Positions 1 to 11,929 of a stretch of 64,000 nt of DNA are shown in pieces. Each line of letters begins with the position of its first letter. Positions within the stretch are counted from its first letter, which is position 1. The notes below the pieces were generated by a model. That model did not search any database, was not told the origin of the DNA, and was given only the letters and a program-made list of their open reading frames with translations. Where the stretch lies: contig MU058456.1 of NCBI GenBank assembly GCA_013265495.1, positions 496,001 through 560,000 of the forward strand. Direction: 5' to 3'. Position numbers and translations under genes: made by a program. This stretch comes from Vicugna vicugna. Its lineage: Eukaryota.

Positions 1-725
1 AGGTTTAAAATATTTCTAGGCCAAATAGTGACCAGAACAACCCTTTGTTTTCCTTTAAAGAGTCTATTGCAAGTCAATGTAGTTTTATGTATACCTTATA
101 AGTCATAACTTGAATTTTGATGGCTTTTTCTATGATAGTGGCATCAGTAAATGCCATCTTGTATTCAGTGAATCATTCAGTCATTCAGCAAATGTGGATT
201 ATTTTTCCATGTCTTTCATGGATTCTAGGGAAGCAAAGATGAAGAAAGCATAGTTATAATGAGCAGTTGGTAGCCAGATAAGAAATACCAGATACACAAA
301 GAGATCATGACACTGCTGTGTGGAGTGTACTGCAGTAAGGGTGTGACTGTAAGGTAGTGAGGGGATAACCTTCCCAGAGAGGATGAGGCATTGGTTCTTG
401 GTCCATTATTGATATACAAATTAATTATCAAGGTAAAAGGAGTAAAATTAAATTCTATTAGTTCAGACTTGGATTAGTAGTGCTTGGATTCCCCAAACCC
501 AGTAAAAAATTTTTTTAGTTAATTTTATTTGATAAAAGAATGTGTCTTCTTAATTTCTCTTAGCACTAGACAAGTTAGTCCCTCAATATTGTTGCCTTGC
601 TAAAATGTGAAAAATCAGGAATGAGCATGTAGTTCTTCATTTTTATAAATATGCCAAGGTAAAGTTAAGGGAAAGCAGCACCAAAAGCTCTCATTTCCTC
701 TGATCTTCTAATCGCCACTAACATC

Positions 726-1235
726 TGTACCAGTGAGAATTCAAATCTGCATCAAGAAATACAACCCGAAAACAGTGGCTTTAACCTAGTTAGAGGTTCA
801 GTTTTCACTGGAGCAAAAAGTGAGGTAGGCAGTGCATAACTGATCTGATGGCTCCAGTGTTCCCTCAGGATTCCAGACCTTTCTCTCCTTATTGTCAGCT
901 GTCCTTGGTGTGTGCCTGTCCCCACATGGTCTTAAGATGGCTGCTGTGCTTCTATTACTGCATCTGCATTCCAGCAGGACCAAGGCGATTGGTAAAACAC
1001 ATGACCCTGCTGTCTGCCTGACTACTACTCCACCTAACCACTTTTTATTCGTGACACTGGTCAAAACTGTTATATGGCCATTCCTAGTTGCAAAGGAGTT
1101 CAGAGAATGTAGGTTTTTTTTTTTTTTTTTTTTTTTTCTTTAGGTAGGCCTATTGCTCTTGGGAAACGAATCTGGACTCTGCTAGTGAGAAAGAAGAGGA
1201 GGGTGTCTGGTAGGCAGCTATAGTGTGTGTCATCA
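726..1235 (-). mobile_element. ERVL-MaLR solo LTR (MLT1J/L-like)
   Basis: Starts TGTACCAG...AACAGTGGCTTTAAC and contains CATGGTCTTAAGATGGCTGCTG, typical of an antisense old MLT1 LTR; interrupted by a poly-T run at about 1113-1137. Confidence 0.7.
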
Positions 1236-1724
1236 TACCCAGTCTAAGGATCCTCACATGAGCCTGGTTAGTGCCTGGATCCTTTATGCATTTGCCCCAT
1301 CATCTTGGAAATGGAATTAATATTCCCTCCAGCAAGAAGATGGACTGAAAAAGTTAAAAAAAAAAAAAGCCAAACTAGACACCTGTACTTGCCCTTAATA
1401 AGTTGGAAATAAGAAATTCTTTGTGTAGCCTATTTTAATATTTTGAACTGAAGGGTGTATTCTCAAATATCTAGCAATATGGAATTCCAAGAGCTGTGGT
1501 CAATTTTAGGTTCGCATAAGTTTTCATTTTGAAAGAAACAGCAGGATGTAATAATAATCTGCTAAAAAACGTGCTCCCCCCCCCCAAAATACAGATGCTA
1601 ACCAAACCAGAAGGGAGCCATTAAAGTTTGATATTTTGTCATTGGTGTTGGTGATCAAAACAAGTAGGTTTTCCCTATACTGGCTGCAGGAGTCAGTGTG
1701 CTATTTAAACCTTGAAAAAAAATT

Positions 1725-1830
1725 GGTTATGAGCACCTGTTTGTATCAGGCACTATTCTAGGCTCTGGGGTTACAGCCATGAAGAAAACAGAAAAAAATC
1801 TCAGCCCTCATGGAACTTAGAATCTAGAGT
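1725..1830 (-). mobile_element. LINE-2 3' end fragment
   Basis: TGAGCACCTGTTTGTATCAGGCACTATTCTAGGCTCTGGGG...CCCTCATGGAACTTAGAATCTAG matches the reverse complement of the L2 3' terminus. Confidence 0.75.
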
Positions 1831-2624
1831 GTTAAGTGAGCACTTCGTAATTAAATAATTGGGGTTATTAAAAAACGCTCTTTGGACTATTACTGCCCTT
1901 CCATTTTGCTTTTCTGTCTTTGAAACTTGTTGACAGAGATGTAATGGCTGATTAATTAAGCAATAGTCATCAATTTCAGAGAGACAAAACATAGTCAATT
2001 AAAAGTTGTGAGCAGAGAGACTTCTTAAGAATCTGTCGAATCATTTCATTTTAAGCTCTTCATTTCACATTTCCATCATGTAAAATACCTTAATTACAGA
2101 ATTCTTTTCTTTTCCTAATTAAATCTTATAATACAGTCAAGGAGTTTAGTTCTTTAGGTACTTCTTAATGTGTTCAAGAGCACTTAATATTATGAACTTT
2201 GGACGTGTAAACAGTTTATTTTAAAATTAAAGGGACAGTGGCATTTTGAAAGAGCTATAGTCAAGTAATTAGCATACTGAGCATGCTGGCTGCCTTTTAT
2301 TGCTTCCATCTGTTTAAAGATAATGAAAAGAAGAAATTGGGGGAAAAAAATCTAGGAGACTACAGATCGTTAGCTGCAGAATGCTTTTTAAAAAGAAATA
2401 TTTGTTCTCTTCAAAGTACTTACTCAGTTATGGGTTCTTTGCTAATTTTGGTATTTCATTGGTGAACTCTGTATTGTGTATTGGGTTGTATGCCACTTTG
2501 GATATTGTGCATTTTTTAGGATTGAATGTAAGTCACAAATCCTAAGAAAGATACGTATTTTTAAGAATGGTCTTCATCTGTTCATGTAAGTCAGGCAGGT
2601 GCAAAGTTATCAGTTAAATTGATT

Positions 2625-3925
2625 CTTCATTATTCATCCAGGCCCTCTTATTTGAGTACCTCCCACATGTCAGGCCCTGATTTCTCAGCAGTGAACAAAA
2701 CATGAAATTCCTGCTTTCATGGAGCTTGAAATCTAGAAGAGGGAGACAATGAAAACTAATAACATACGTAATTAATGCCAAATGGTGATAACTGCTGTGG
2801 AGAAAAATAAAATCAGGGCAAGGGGGTAACAGGTGGTGGGAGGGGTTGCTGTTCTTTTTTTATTATTATTATTATTATTGGTCAGTTGTGTGAAGTCTCT
2901 TTGAGAAGGTGACTTACTTGAATAATGTAGTAACTTGTGAAAAAGAATATGAAAACAAATATATGTATGTTCATGTATGACTAAAGCATTATGCTGTACA
3001 CCAGAAATTGACACAACATTGTAAACTGACTGTACTTCAATAAATATATATATACCTATGAGAGAAAAAAAGACATAAAGGAAGTGAGGGGATGAATCCC
3101 ATGGGTGTCAGGCGTGGGGTGTTCAAGATGGAACAGAAAATGCCAGGTCCTGAAAAGAGAGGATGTCTGCCTTCCGACCTGTTGCAGGCACAGGGAGGAG
3201 GCCACTGTGGCCAGAGAGGAGTCAGTAAGTGACAGGAAGCAGGACATGTGCTCAGAGAGATAACGGGGAAGACCATAAACACCATTTGAAGAACTTAGCT
3301 TTTTATGCTGGTTGAGAAGAAAGGCCAGTGGAAGGTTTTGAACGAAGAAGTGAAGGATACTTTAAGTCTTAAAGCCAAGGTCATGCTGCCTACTGTGTTA
3401 ATAGATTGTGGGACCCCAAGGTAGGAGCAGGAAGAGACCAGCTGGGAAGTTAATGCAATAATGCAGGTGAGAGGGGAGGGTGCTTGGGCCAAGCTGGTGG
3501 CAGAAGCAAAGGGGCTGAAAGGTAGTTGTATCCTGTGTACATTTTGAAAGTAGATGCAAGGATTTGCTAATGGACTTGAATGATGAGTGTAAGTTAGAAA
3601 AGAGGTAACAATGACTCCAAAAGTTTCTGGTCTAAGAACTGAAAATAGAATTGTCCTTGACCAAGATGTGGAAGATTGCTAGAAGAGGGGATAAAAATCA
3701 GGAGTTTGGTTTTGAACATACTAACTTTGATGATAAGCTTAGGAGACAGTCAAGTGTAGATACCTAGGAGAGAGTGGGAGATAAGAATTTGAACTCAGAG
3801 TAGAGGTCAGGGCTAGAAATACTAATTTGGGGTCATCAGCATACAGGATGTATTTAAAGCCATGGTGCTGGATGAAGTCATGAAGACAGAAAGTGTAGAC
3901 AGGGAAGAGAACAAGGAAAAGATAA
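2625..3925 (-). mobile_element. LINE-2 (L2a-like), interrupted by a young L1 tail
   Basis: TTCATTATTCATCC...TTGAGTACCTCCCACATGTCAGGC...CAGCAGTGAACAAAAC...CATGGAGCTT followed by purine-rich antisense L2 body; L2-like sequence appears to resume at about 5080-5190. Confidence 0.85.
2921..3052 (+). mobile_element. Short, severely 5'-truncated camelid-type L1 3' tail
   Basis: TATGCTGTACACCAGAAATTGACACAACATTGTAAACTGACTGTACTTCAATAAA, an artiodactyl L1 3' terminus with polyA signal; related to the reverse complement of 62650-62720. Confidence 0.8.
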
Positions 3926-3959
3926 GACTTATCAAAAAACCAAGGGAAGAAAAAAAAAA

Positions 3960-5050
3960 AAGAAACTGACTCATAGGAAATTGAGAAAATGAATACAAAC
4001 TTTAAAATAACTGTCAGTAAGCTCAAGGAATTAAAGGGTGAGATGGAGAATTTTGTCAGAACTTAGGAATTAGAAAAACAAGTGCACATGTTACAACCAG
4101 AAAGTAATCAAAATAAAGAATTTGATGGGCTTCATGGAAGATTAGATTAATTTGAAAAGTTAACTAAACATATTCTTACCATACAATCCAGCAGTTTCAC
4201 TCCTTGGTATTTATACAAAGGAGATGAAAACTTCTGTCCACACAGAAACCTGTACACAGATGTTCATAACAGCTTTACTCGTAATCATCAAAACTTGGAA
4301 GCAACCAAGATGTCCTTTAGTAGGTGATGGATAAATAAGCTGTGGTACACCCAGACAGTGGAATATTATTCAGTGTTAAAAAGAAATGAGCTAATCAAGC
4401 CATGAAAAGATAAGGAGGAATCTTAAATGCATATTACTAACTGAAAGAAGGCAATCTGAAAATGTTACATACTGTATGATTCCAACTGTATGCCATTGTG
4501 GAAAAGACAACACTATGGAGACAATAGAAAGATCAGTGGAGGAAGGGGTGTATAGGTGAAGCACAGGATTTTTAGGGAAGTGAGAATACTCTGTATAATA
4601 CTAAAATGATAGACACGTGTCATTCATTATACATTTGACTAAAGCCATAGAAGGTATAACACCAAGAGTGAACCACAGTGTAAACGATGGACTTTGGGTG
4701 ATTATGACGCATCTGTGCAGGTTCATCGATGATAACAAAGGTACTGCTTTGGTGGAGGATGTTGATAATACAAGAGGCTGTGTGTGAGTAGGGGCAGGGG
4801 CACTTGGGACATGTCTGTACCTTCCTCTCAATTTTGCTGTGAACTAGAACTGTAAAAAAACAAAGGGTGGGTCAGCCTTACATACAGTTTTTATAAAGTT
4901 AACTGGAAGATAAGTCATATGAAAATCTTCAGACTGAAGCAGAGAGAAGAGCTGGAAGTCTTCACGGGATATGGTCGAAAGGTCTAGCGTGCTTGTCACT
5001 GGAGTCCAAAGAAAGACAAGGGAAGATAGAACCCAGCAGTATTTTAAGAG
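3960..5050 (+). mobile_element. Old L1 (L1M/HAL1-like) ORF1-region relic, split by L1MC1
   Basis: A-rich ORF1-like sequence (TTTGATGGGCTTCATGGAAGATTAGA ... AACTGGAAGATAAGTC ... CTGGAGTCCAAAGAAAG) on both sides of 4166-4860. Confidence 0.55.
4166..4860 (+). mobile_element. L1MC1-like 3' end (ORF2 tail and 3'UTR)
   Basis: CTTACCATACAATCCAGCA...TTGGAAGCAACCAAGATGTCC...GGACTTTGGGTGATTATGA...CTCAATTTTGCTGTGAAC then an A run. Confidence 0.85.
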
Positions 5051-5479
5051 ATCTTGGGACTTGGGAACAAGTAAGTTTTTTTGTTTTACTTTAGATACTA
5101 GAACGTGTTTATATACTGATAGTAATGATCCAGGAGAGAGGCTGTTGGTGTATGAGGGTGGGGACATTGGCTAGGATCCAGTGGCAAAAATAGTATCAGC
5201 ATTTCTGCATAACTGCCTCCAAGTCCCTATTTGGCTCTAAATGATACAGATAGGAAAGTAGATCTGCTATAAGAATATTATTTCTTAAAAATCAGGAAAG
5301 TATTTTAAATTGTGTAATTCTCACTATCATTGGCTCTAGTATTAATGGCATATTTAAGCAAGATTCTTCTCATCTGTGACCCTCTAAACTCAGACTCCCC
5401 AAGTCCTATTAGATAGGGAGACACCAGCTTGGGTCCTCCAGGGATGCTCTTTAGTGCCAAATATCTGAACTACAGAATC

Positions 5480-5700
5480 ATTAAGAGAGCTGACTTGGGC
5501 AGCTGAAAACTGAGATTTGAGTTATATTTTCTTTACTTATTAGGGGTAGAATATTGAGCCAGTTATTTAACCTGTTGGAGGCTCAGTTTCCTCATTGGTA
5601 ACATGTGGTGGGAATGTTGTTACGAGTATTGGATGAGTCAGTACCTACTCATTCCTGGAATAGTGCCTGGCACATAGGAAATAGCAGATGTTTCTTGCTA
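5480..5700 (+). mobile_element. MIR SINE
   Basis: Core TTATTTAACCTGTTGGAGGCTCAGTTTCCTCATT and 3' end AGTGCCTGGCACATAG. Confidence 0.8.
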
Positions 5701-5740
5701 CTCTCTCTAGTTCGGGAAACACCTATTGGAGGTGGAAGAA

Positions 5741-5925
5741 TAGTTCTCGTTGGCTGTATGATACAGCCTCATAGGGCCTCTTAAAAAATACCAATGCCTG
5801 GGTTTTAGCCTTTAAAGTTCTGATTTAACTGGTCTAGGGTCAGGTCCCTAGACCATTAGTATTTTGTTACAAATAAAAACACTTCAATTATTCTAATTTG
5901 TAGCCAGGGCTGCGCTGGCCCTAGG
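5741..5925. mobile_element. MER5-family hAT-Charlie MITE
   Basis: AAAAATACCAATGCCTGGG...TTCTGATTTAACTGGTCTAGGGT...TTCTAATTTGTAGCCAGGG. Confidence 0.7.
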
Positions 5926-6649
5926 TGGTTGATTGTCATTCAGCATCCCCTGCCCTCAAGAAGCTTTGCACTAGGCTTGAGTTTGCCAAGACTGTGCTCA
6001 CAAATGTACTTTGGGTCAAGCCTTCAAAATTTGGCTCGGATTTTTGTTCTGGGTGACTTTGAATTGTCAGTGAGGGTAATGATGTCTGTCTCTCCCGACC
6101 CCTAACCAGCTAGAAAAACTACGTATTTTTCTTGATTTCCATGTCGTATCTGGTAATCTGTATTCTGCTGTATGCTTCTCTTGTGTGGAACTCTGTAGTC
6201 TGGGAGAAATTGCACAAATCACACCAAATGAATTGTGCGGCATGCCAAAAATAAAATGGAATATTCATTCCTGCACATTTGTTTTTTATGTGACTTAGAA
6301 TGTACAGCCTTTGGGACAGTGTTATCACATTGACTCCATTATGGCAAAGAAAGCTAATTTAGGGGAGAAATTGGCTGGAGTGTCTCCTCTAATAGAAATG
6401 AACACGAAACCACTTTAGTGTCTCTTCTTCTCAAGGACTGCTGTTTTTCCATAAAATTTACAAGCCCACAGATTGATGCAGAAGCCCCTAGAACTCATGT
6501 GGCTGTGATTTTATAATTTAAAATTTTATTTCCCCATAAATTAATAGTACTGGGAAATGCGAGGCCATTTTAAAAACCACAGCATGCAAATGAAATTGAG
6601 GAATAAACTTCCGGCATAGCTAGTAAAGGGGCCAGATGAGTAAACAAAC

Positions 6650-6815
6650 ATTTATAATGCAGTGTAGCAAATGCTGGGTAAGAGTAGATGCTGGGGTTGC
6701 GTGAAGGCACTGAGTGGGGCAGTTCACCAGCATCTTGCTGGGTGGAGGGCCGCAGCCCCAGGGAAAAGGTAGCATCTACCTTGAGGTCTGTGGAATGAGT
6801 GGGAGTAGCCAGATA
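6650..6815 (-). mobile_element. LINE-2 fragment
   Basis: ATAATGCAGTGTAGCAAATGCT...TTGAGGTCTGTGGAATGAGTGGGAGTAGCCAG, antisense L2b/c-like. Confidence 0.55.
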
Positions 6816-8409
6816 TGCAGGAGGGGGGCGGGAGTTACGAACGATATAGACCCCTGTGAAACTGATGCCTATTTTGTATAATCTTTAATAGCTTTGCTTA
6901 TACTTACAAAAAAGAACTGAGTTGGACAATAAAAATGAACTGGTTTGAACTGATTTGGACAATAAGTTATGTATATAGGCCTCCTACCCATGGTTAAGAT
7001 TCATAGAGAGGAATGAAATAATAAAATAGGAGTTGAACTCATTAGATGCTCTCCTTTTAAATGGCTTACCATTCATACCTAGCTAATTACAGTCCTTTTA
7101 GGAATAGTGGACTGTTCTAAATATACTACTGTATCACTACTACCAATGTCTTGTCCCTCAGAGGGAAACATTTTGTGTTTTATTTTTTCTTTCATTCTTT
7201 TTGGTGAAATCCAATCCCATTTTGGGATGTATGATAATCTTACCATGTTTCTGTTGGCCCTTGTATCTTCTTTTCTTTCATCATCTTTTGTGGCCTAGCC
7301 TAGACCCCCAAATGCTGCTGATGGCATTGTCCAATCCAGTGACCCCCCAGTCAGCAGCCCCCAATTCGTGGTTGATCTCAAATTGTCACCTAATTACTCT
7401 CTGCCCTTGTTGCTGCTGAGTTCCCCCTCCGCCGTGCATCACTGTAAATGAATTTCGTTCTTTTCTCCCTTTTACTGCCCATGGACTGAAATCCTGGGAC
7501 AACTACCTGTTTGCTTGATACTTTTGGTCTGAGGAGAGGGGCTGCTGCTGCTAACAACGTCTCCAAGAAATGGTAGTTGAGTTTTGGTTCTGCAGCAAAT
7601 GGTGATGGAATTTGGTATTTACGTTGTCAAAGTGCAATTCATTTTCACCTGTTCATCATAATTTGAAAATGTTAAGGGCCAGCTTCACTGTCTACCAACA
7701 GCGAGCCTAGCCTTGAAAAGAACTGCACTTCAGAGTCTGCTTTGACAGTCAATGACCTAATTTTTCCCTCATGCATTGAACTTCAGATTGCTTAGCTTGT
7801 TGAACCACCTCCTATTCATTCTACATTGAGCAGGATCTTCCACTTGAATTCAGATGAGGAGGAAGTGATTCTCTGGGGTTAGTGAGTTGGCCCATGGCTT
7901 TGCACCAAATGCCGGACCACTCAGAGTGCAATCACAGTTGGGCTAATTTGGTGCAATTTTATTTTGTAATGATCACAATTTGAGATGCAAAGGAAGAACC
8001 AGAGTTTATAATTCTTGTCTTTAGCTTTATGTTCTGTAATTAGACATCAATACCCATGGTCAGGATGCTTAAGTAGTGAACTCCGATTTTTTGAGTTGTT
8101 TTCATGCGTAGCTTTTATCCTCACAGCCTCCTTTATAGCCCTTTTGAGCAGTGGTATCACCTCTGCTTGATTACTTGCTTGGACATTTCAGTTCTCTTGC
8201 TTTTAGCAAGTGTCTGAGATGTTTGAAATCCAGTATCTACGCTTTCCTCCCCCCTTTTCAGAGAGGGTTTGAAAGATGGCTTTTCTGCTTAAGTTGGTAA
8301 TTTGTGCCCATTTTAAGAAAGGACTAGAGTGGGTCGTGGGAGATACTGTGGGTGGAAGGTAGTCTAAGGGGGAACGAAGCAGCTTTAACACCTGTCCTAG
8401 TGAGTCCCC

Positions 8410-8552
8410 CAAGAGGGACAGTCTCCTCTGTAAAACAGGACAGTGACAGCACACACCCCCATAGATAATGGGGAGGTCTGAATGTGAATTCATGTAAAGT
8501 GGTTAAAAGAGAGCCTAGCACACAGGAAATGCAAGAATGTTAAATGTTACTG
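8410..8552 (+). mobile_element. MIR SINE (3' half)
   Basis: CTCCTCTGTAAAACAGG...CATGTAAAGTGGTTAAAAGAGAGCCTAGCACACAG. Confidence 0.7.
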
Positions 8553-9704
8553 GTTTGATGTAATTTTGTTTAAGAGAATCTTCAATAAGGTCTTAAGAAA
8601 ACTGTCCATGCCTGTAAGATAAGATTTGCTTATTATTCAGTAGTAAAAGAAGTTCGGGGTAGGAGGAAACACGGGCTTGGCCAAATTTGACCTTCAGCTG
8701 TTGGTTGCTCAGAGACCAGAAACAGTGGAAGTTAAAAGAGCTGTTGTTGCAGAGAGGAGGAATTCAGAGGGGAGAAGGCAGAAAGCTACCCTGAACGTGC
8801 TGGGGAAAAGAAGAAGTCAGAAAGTGTCCAAAGCTCCAAGAATAAAAGCTTAGGGAATATAGCATGAATGCAGCATCCACAGTTCAAGTTCCTTTCCTTA
8901 AATCTGTCTGGTGCCTGGATAAGAATTCAATTCAAGGAAAACTGTAGAACCAGCATGAGAGAAATTTGCTGACATACAGTGTCTACCACATCTCAGGCTT
9001 GGGTCTCAGAAGCTAGTTTTAAAGAGATACAAGGGTCGTCTTATCAAATAAGCTGCAGCTCAAGATGCTCTGGGGCTGGGTACTGCCTGCATCCTGGTCA
9101 TCTGGAAATAGGCTACATTTCTATAGAAAAGTTGTTACCGGTAGGGAAAGGAGGATGTACTGATTATTTTTTTAAAAGCAGAGATCCGTTGGTATAGTGA
9201 TAGGTCTCAGGTCTTCGGGAAGTTCTTTGTTTCTTTGTTCTTTGTTCAGGTAGTTCTATGTTGTTTGTTTTGTGAGACTTGGAAGGCCAAATCCTGTCTG
9301 GGACAGTTTGGGGTGAGATGAGAGCTGGCGATGGTGGCTAGGGGAGGGACTAGTTGGTGAGGATCAAACAAAGGATTGTAGAATGTTGCAGCAGTTTGGA
9401 GATTTTCTTCCCTGGACGCAGCAGCAGTGGGGATGGTGGGGACCGAAGCAGGGCAGAGCCGGGGCTGGCAGGGCACTGGGCTTAGGAAGCCAGCAGGTGG
9501 GGAGAGTATGGACTTGAAGCTCCTGGCTGAAGAGGGTGTTCAATGTGATTCTCCACAGCACCCAGACTAGGGAAAAGGAAATCGCTGAGGGCCTGGAGAG
9601 CTCTGCCAGCGCCGAGGGGAATTGCTTCTGAAATGAGTGAACTAGCTGAGAGGGGAGCGTGCAGGAAAGAATTATCCTCTTGGCTTGGGTCACTTGGCCT
9701 CAGC

Positions 9705-9960
9705 ATTTGAAAGAGGGTGACATTTCAGTTACATCTTGAATGAAGAGTAGAGAAAAAGGAGGCAAAGGCAGAGCTGGAGGGCAAGCTTATCTCCCGAGTG
9801 TGAACTTGAACATCTGCCCAGCATTCAGCCAGTAGGGACAAGTGACAGGAGATGAGCCGGAGAAGCTAGGTTACTGCTGGGACGTGCAGGGCTTTGCGAT
9901 GCCTTGCTTAGGATTTGGTAGTTTACCCTGCAGAATTGGGGTGATTCCCAGGGAAGGTGT
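9705..9960 (-). mobile_element. LINE-2 fragment
   Basis: GGGTGACATTTCAGTTACATCTTGAATGAAGAGTAG...GGAGATGAGCCGGAGAAG...AGGATTTGGTAGTTTACCCTG. Confidence 0.65.
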
Positions 9961-10716
9961 GGCAATTAACCTTCTGCACTATGTGGTTATAATTTTTGTG
10001 AGGCTATTACAGAAGCTGACAGTCCTGTGTGTCCCGATCTTATTCAGAAGGAAGTAGAAGAACAAACGCTCCAAGGTCAGGTACGAACGGCCCTGGAGTC
10101 GCCGTTCCCCTGAATCAGCCGTAGCTCTGTAGATGCTGCTCCGGTCTGTCTGCTTGGGGGTGTGTGGGTCTCAGTTTTAAGAAACATATAACTAAAATAC
10201 TTTAATTTTCAAAACAGTCATTCTCATTTGTAACAAGTAAATCCAAGAGTAGGTTAATTTTCTTCTGGGTAGATCAGTTCTTCCAGAATTTGTTAAAAAT
10301 CAGGATTCTGGAAGCCACTTAATTATGTTACCTGATGAACATGAGCTGTATTTTGGATAAAATATGCTAGTTTACAAGGAAGCTTTGGTTGGAGAAATTC
10401 TCAGGAAAACTGTTTTTAATTGAAGGTATATAGAAAAATGTTAAGCAAGAGATTGTCTTTTCACTGAGGATTGCAGGCAGTGTGTGTCACTACAACTATT
10501 TTGCGCTGACTTCCTTGTAAGACAAGCACAGAATCCTTTCCGAAAGAGATAAAGAGCTACGGTTAGGAGGCTGGTTAGAGAAGTAAGCGTGAATTGTTGG
10601 CTCTTCTGTAATCAAAAAGATGAGATAAAGATATGCCTTGAAAGATTTTGCACAAACTATAAGCATTACTCGTGTATTGCACTGCTGCAGAGTTTCCGTA
10701 TTTTTTCACTGCTACT

Positions 10717-11165
10717 GTATCAGTTAGGAATGCATTTAGCTAAAACTCAACTACTAGTGGCTTCCCAATATGGATTTTATTTATTTAACTTCACAAGAAA
10801 TCTGCAAATAGATGGTCCAGGCCGCTCCAGATTGTTATCAAGATAGAGAGCCTGTCTTTCCTTTCCACCATCTTTGGGGGATGGCCCTTATCCCCCACCC
10901 CACTTTCAGCATTGCCTCTGTCTTCAGTGGGAAGATGGGGGAAGGACTAAGAAGAGAAGAGTCCTGCCAGCTGAGTCTGTCCCTTGGTAGAAATTTTCCC
11001 CCAAGACTTACCTAGCAACTTGTGTGAATTTCACATTGGTCGGAAGTGGATCCCATGCTTACCCTTACTTGCAGGAGTTTCTGGGAAATTTTCAGATTCT
11101 GTGTTAGAGGAGGACTGGGAAGAACGGTCTATGAATGGTGGCCAGGCCACAGAGTCTGACATAGC
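10717..11165 (-). mobile_element. ERVL-MaLR solo LTR (MLT1J-like)
   Basis: TGTATCAGTTAGGAATGCATTTAGCT...TAGTGGCTT...TTTATTT (antisense polyA signal)...CACATTGGTCGGAAGTGGATCCCATG. Confidence 0.75.
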
Positions 11166-11929
11166 TGTAAAATGTTCTTTTTGTTTGATGTAGAAGTAAC
11201 GATTTTTGGAATAATTGCTTTCAAGAGTTAGCCATGCAGCACCACAAGCCGCTGTAACTTCCATGACTGAGCAAGAATTATGAGAGGTTAAATTGATCTC
11301 CTTCAATGAGGTGCAGTGGATCTTACACAACATCCAACTTAATTTTCCCCCTAATTTAATTCTGAAAATCTAACTGATTGACCAACTACTTTAAGAGTGT
11401 ATATTTCATCAGCTTAGATTGTGTTAAGCGTGAACAACTCTACAATGTCCTTAATGTCATTAAAAGTTGGGGGAAAAATGCTGTTTAATTTTTAAGAGCA
11501 CCTTGTAATGTCGAATATATTATGTTGGCACATCGACTTTAATTTTTCCCATTTTTTACTAGAAACTCGCCAAAGATGTGCATGAATATGCTAATTCTTT
11601 CTAATCCTTGTAAGTGCCTTAATTTTGTTTAATTTAAATATATAGTGTATTTTATGGCATCTGGTGCTGCTATGAATCCAAACCATGTCATGTCAATGTT
11701 GGTTACAAGGAACAAAATGTAACTGAATTACACATATATAACCTGGGCAGAGCTCACTTATCTAGATCACGTACACATACATGCTTAGTCTTCACTAGCT
11801 CCCTTTCTGGATCCCAAAGAAGAATTGCCCCTAACCATTGACACTTAGGAAATATGCTCTTCTTTTTCTAAGTTAGAACTTTCATTCAATACATCCTTCC
11901 TTTTTCCCTCCTCCTCCTTTTGTCTCATT

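Noticed and set aside
6914..6966. Short imperfect duplication (GAACTGA..TTGGACAATAA twice)
   Set aside because: Ordinary slippage duplication with no further structure; similar trivial cases at about 13777-13820 and 25912-25944
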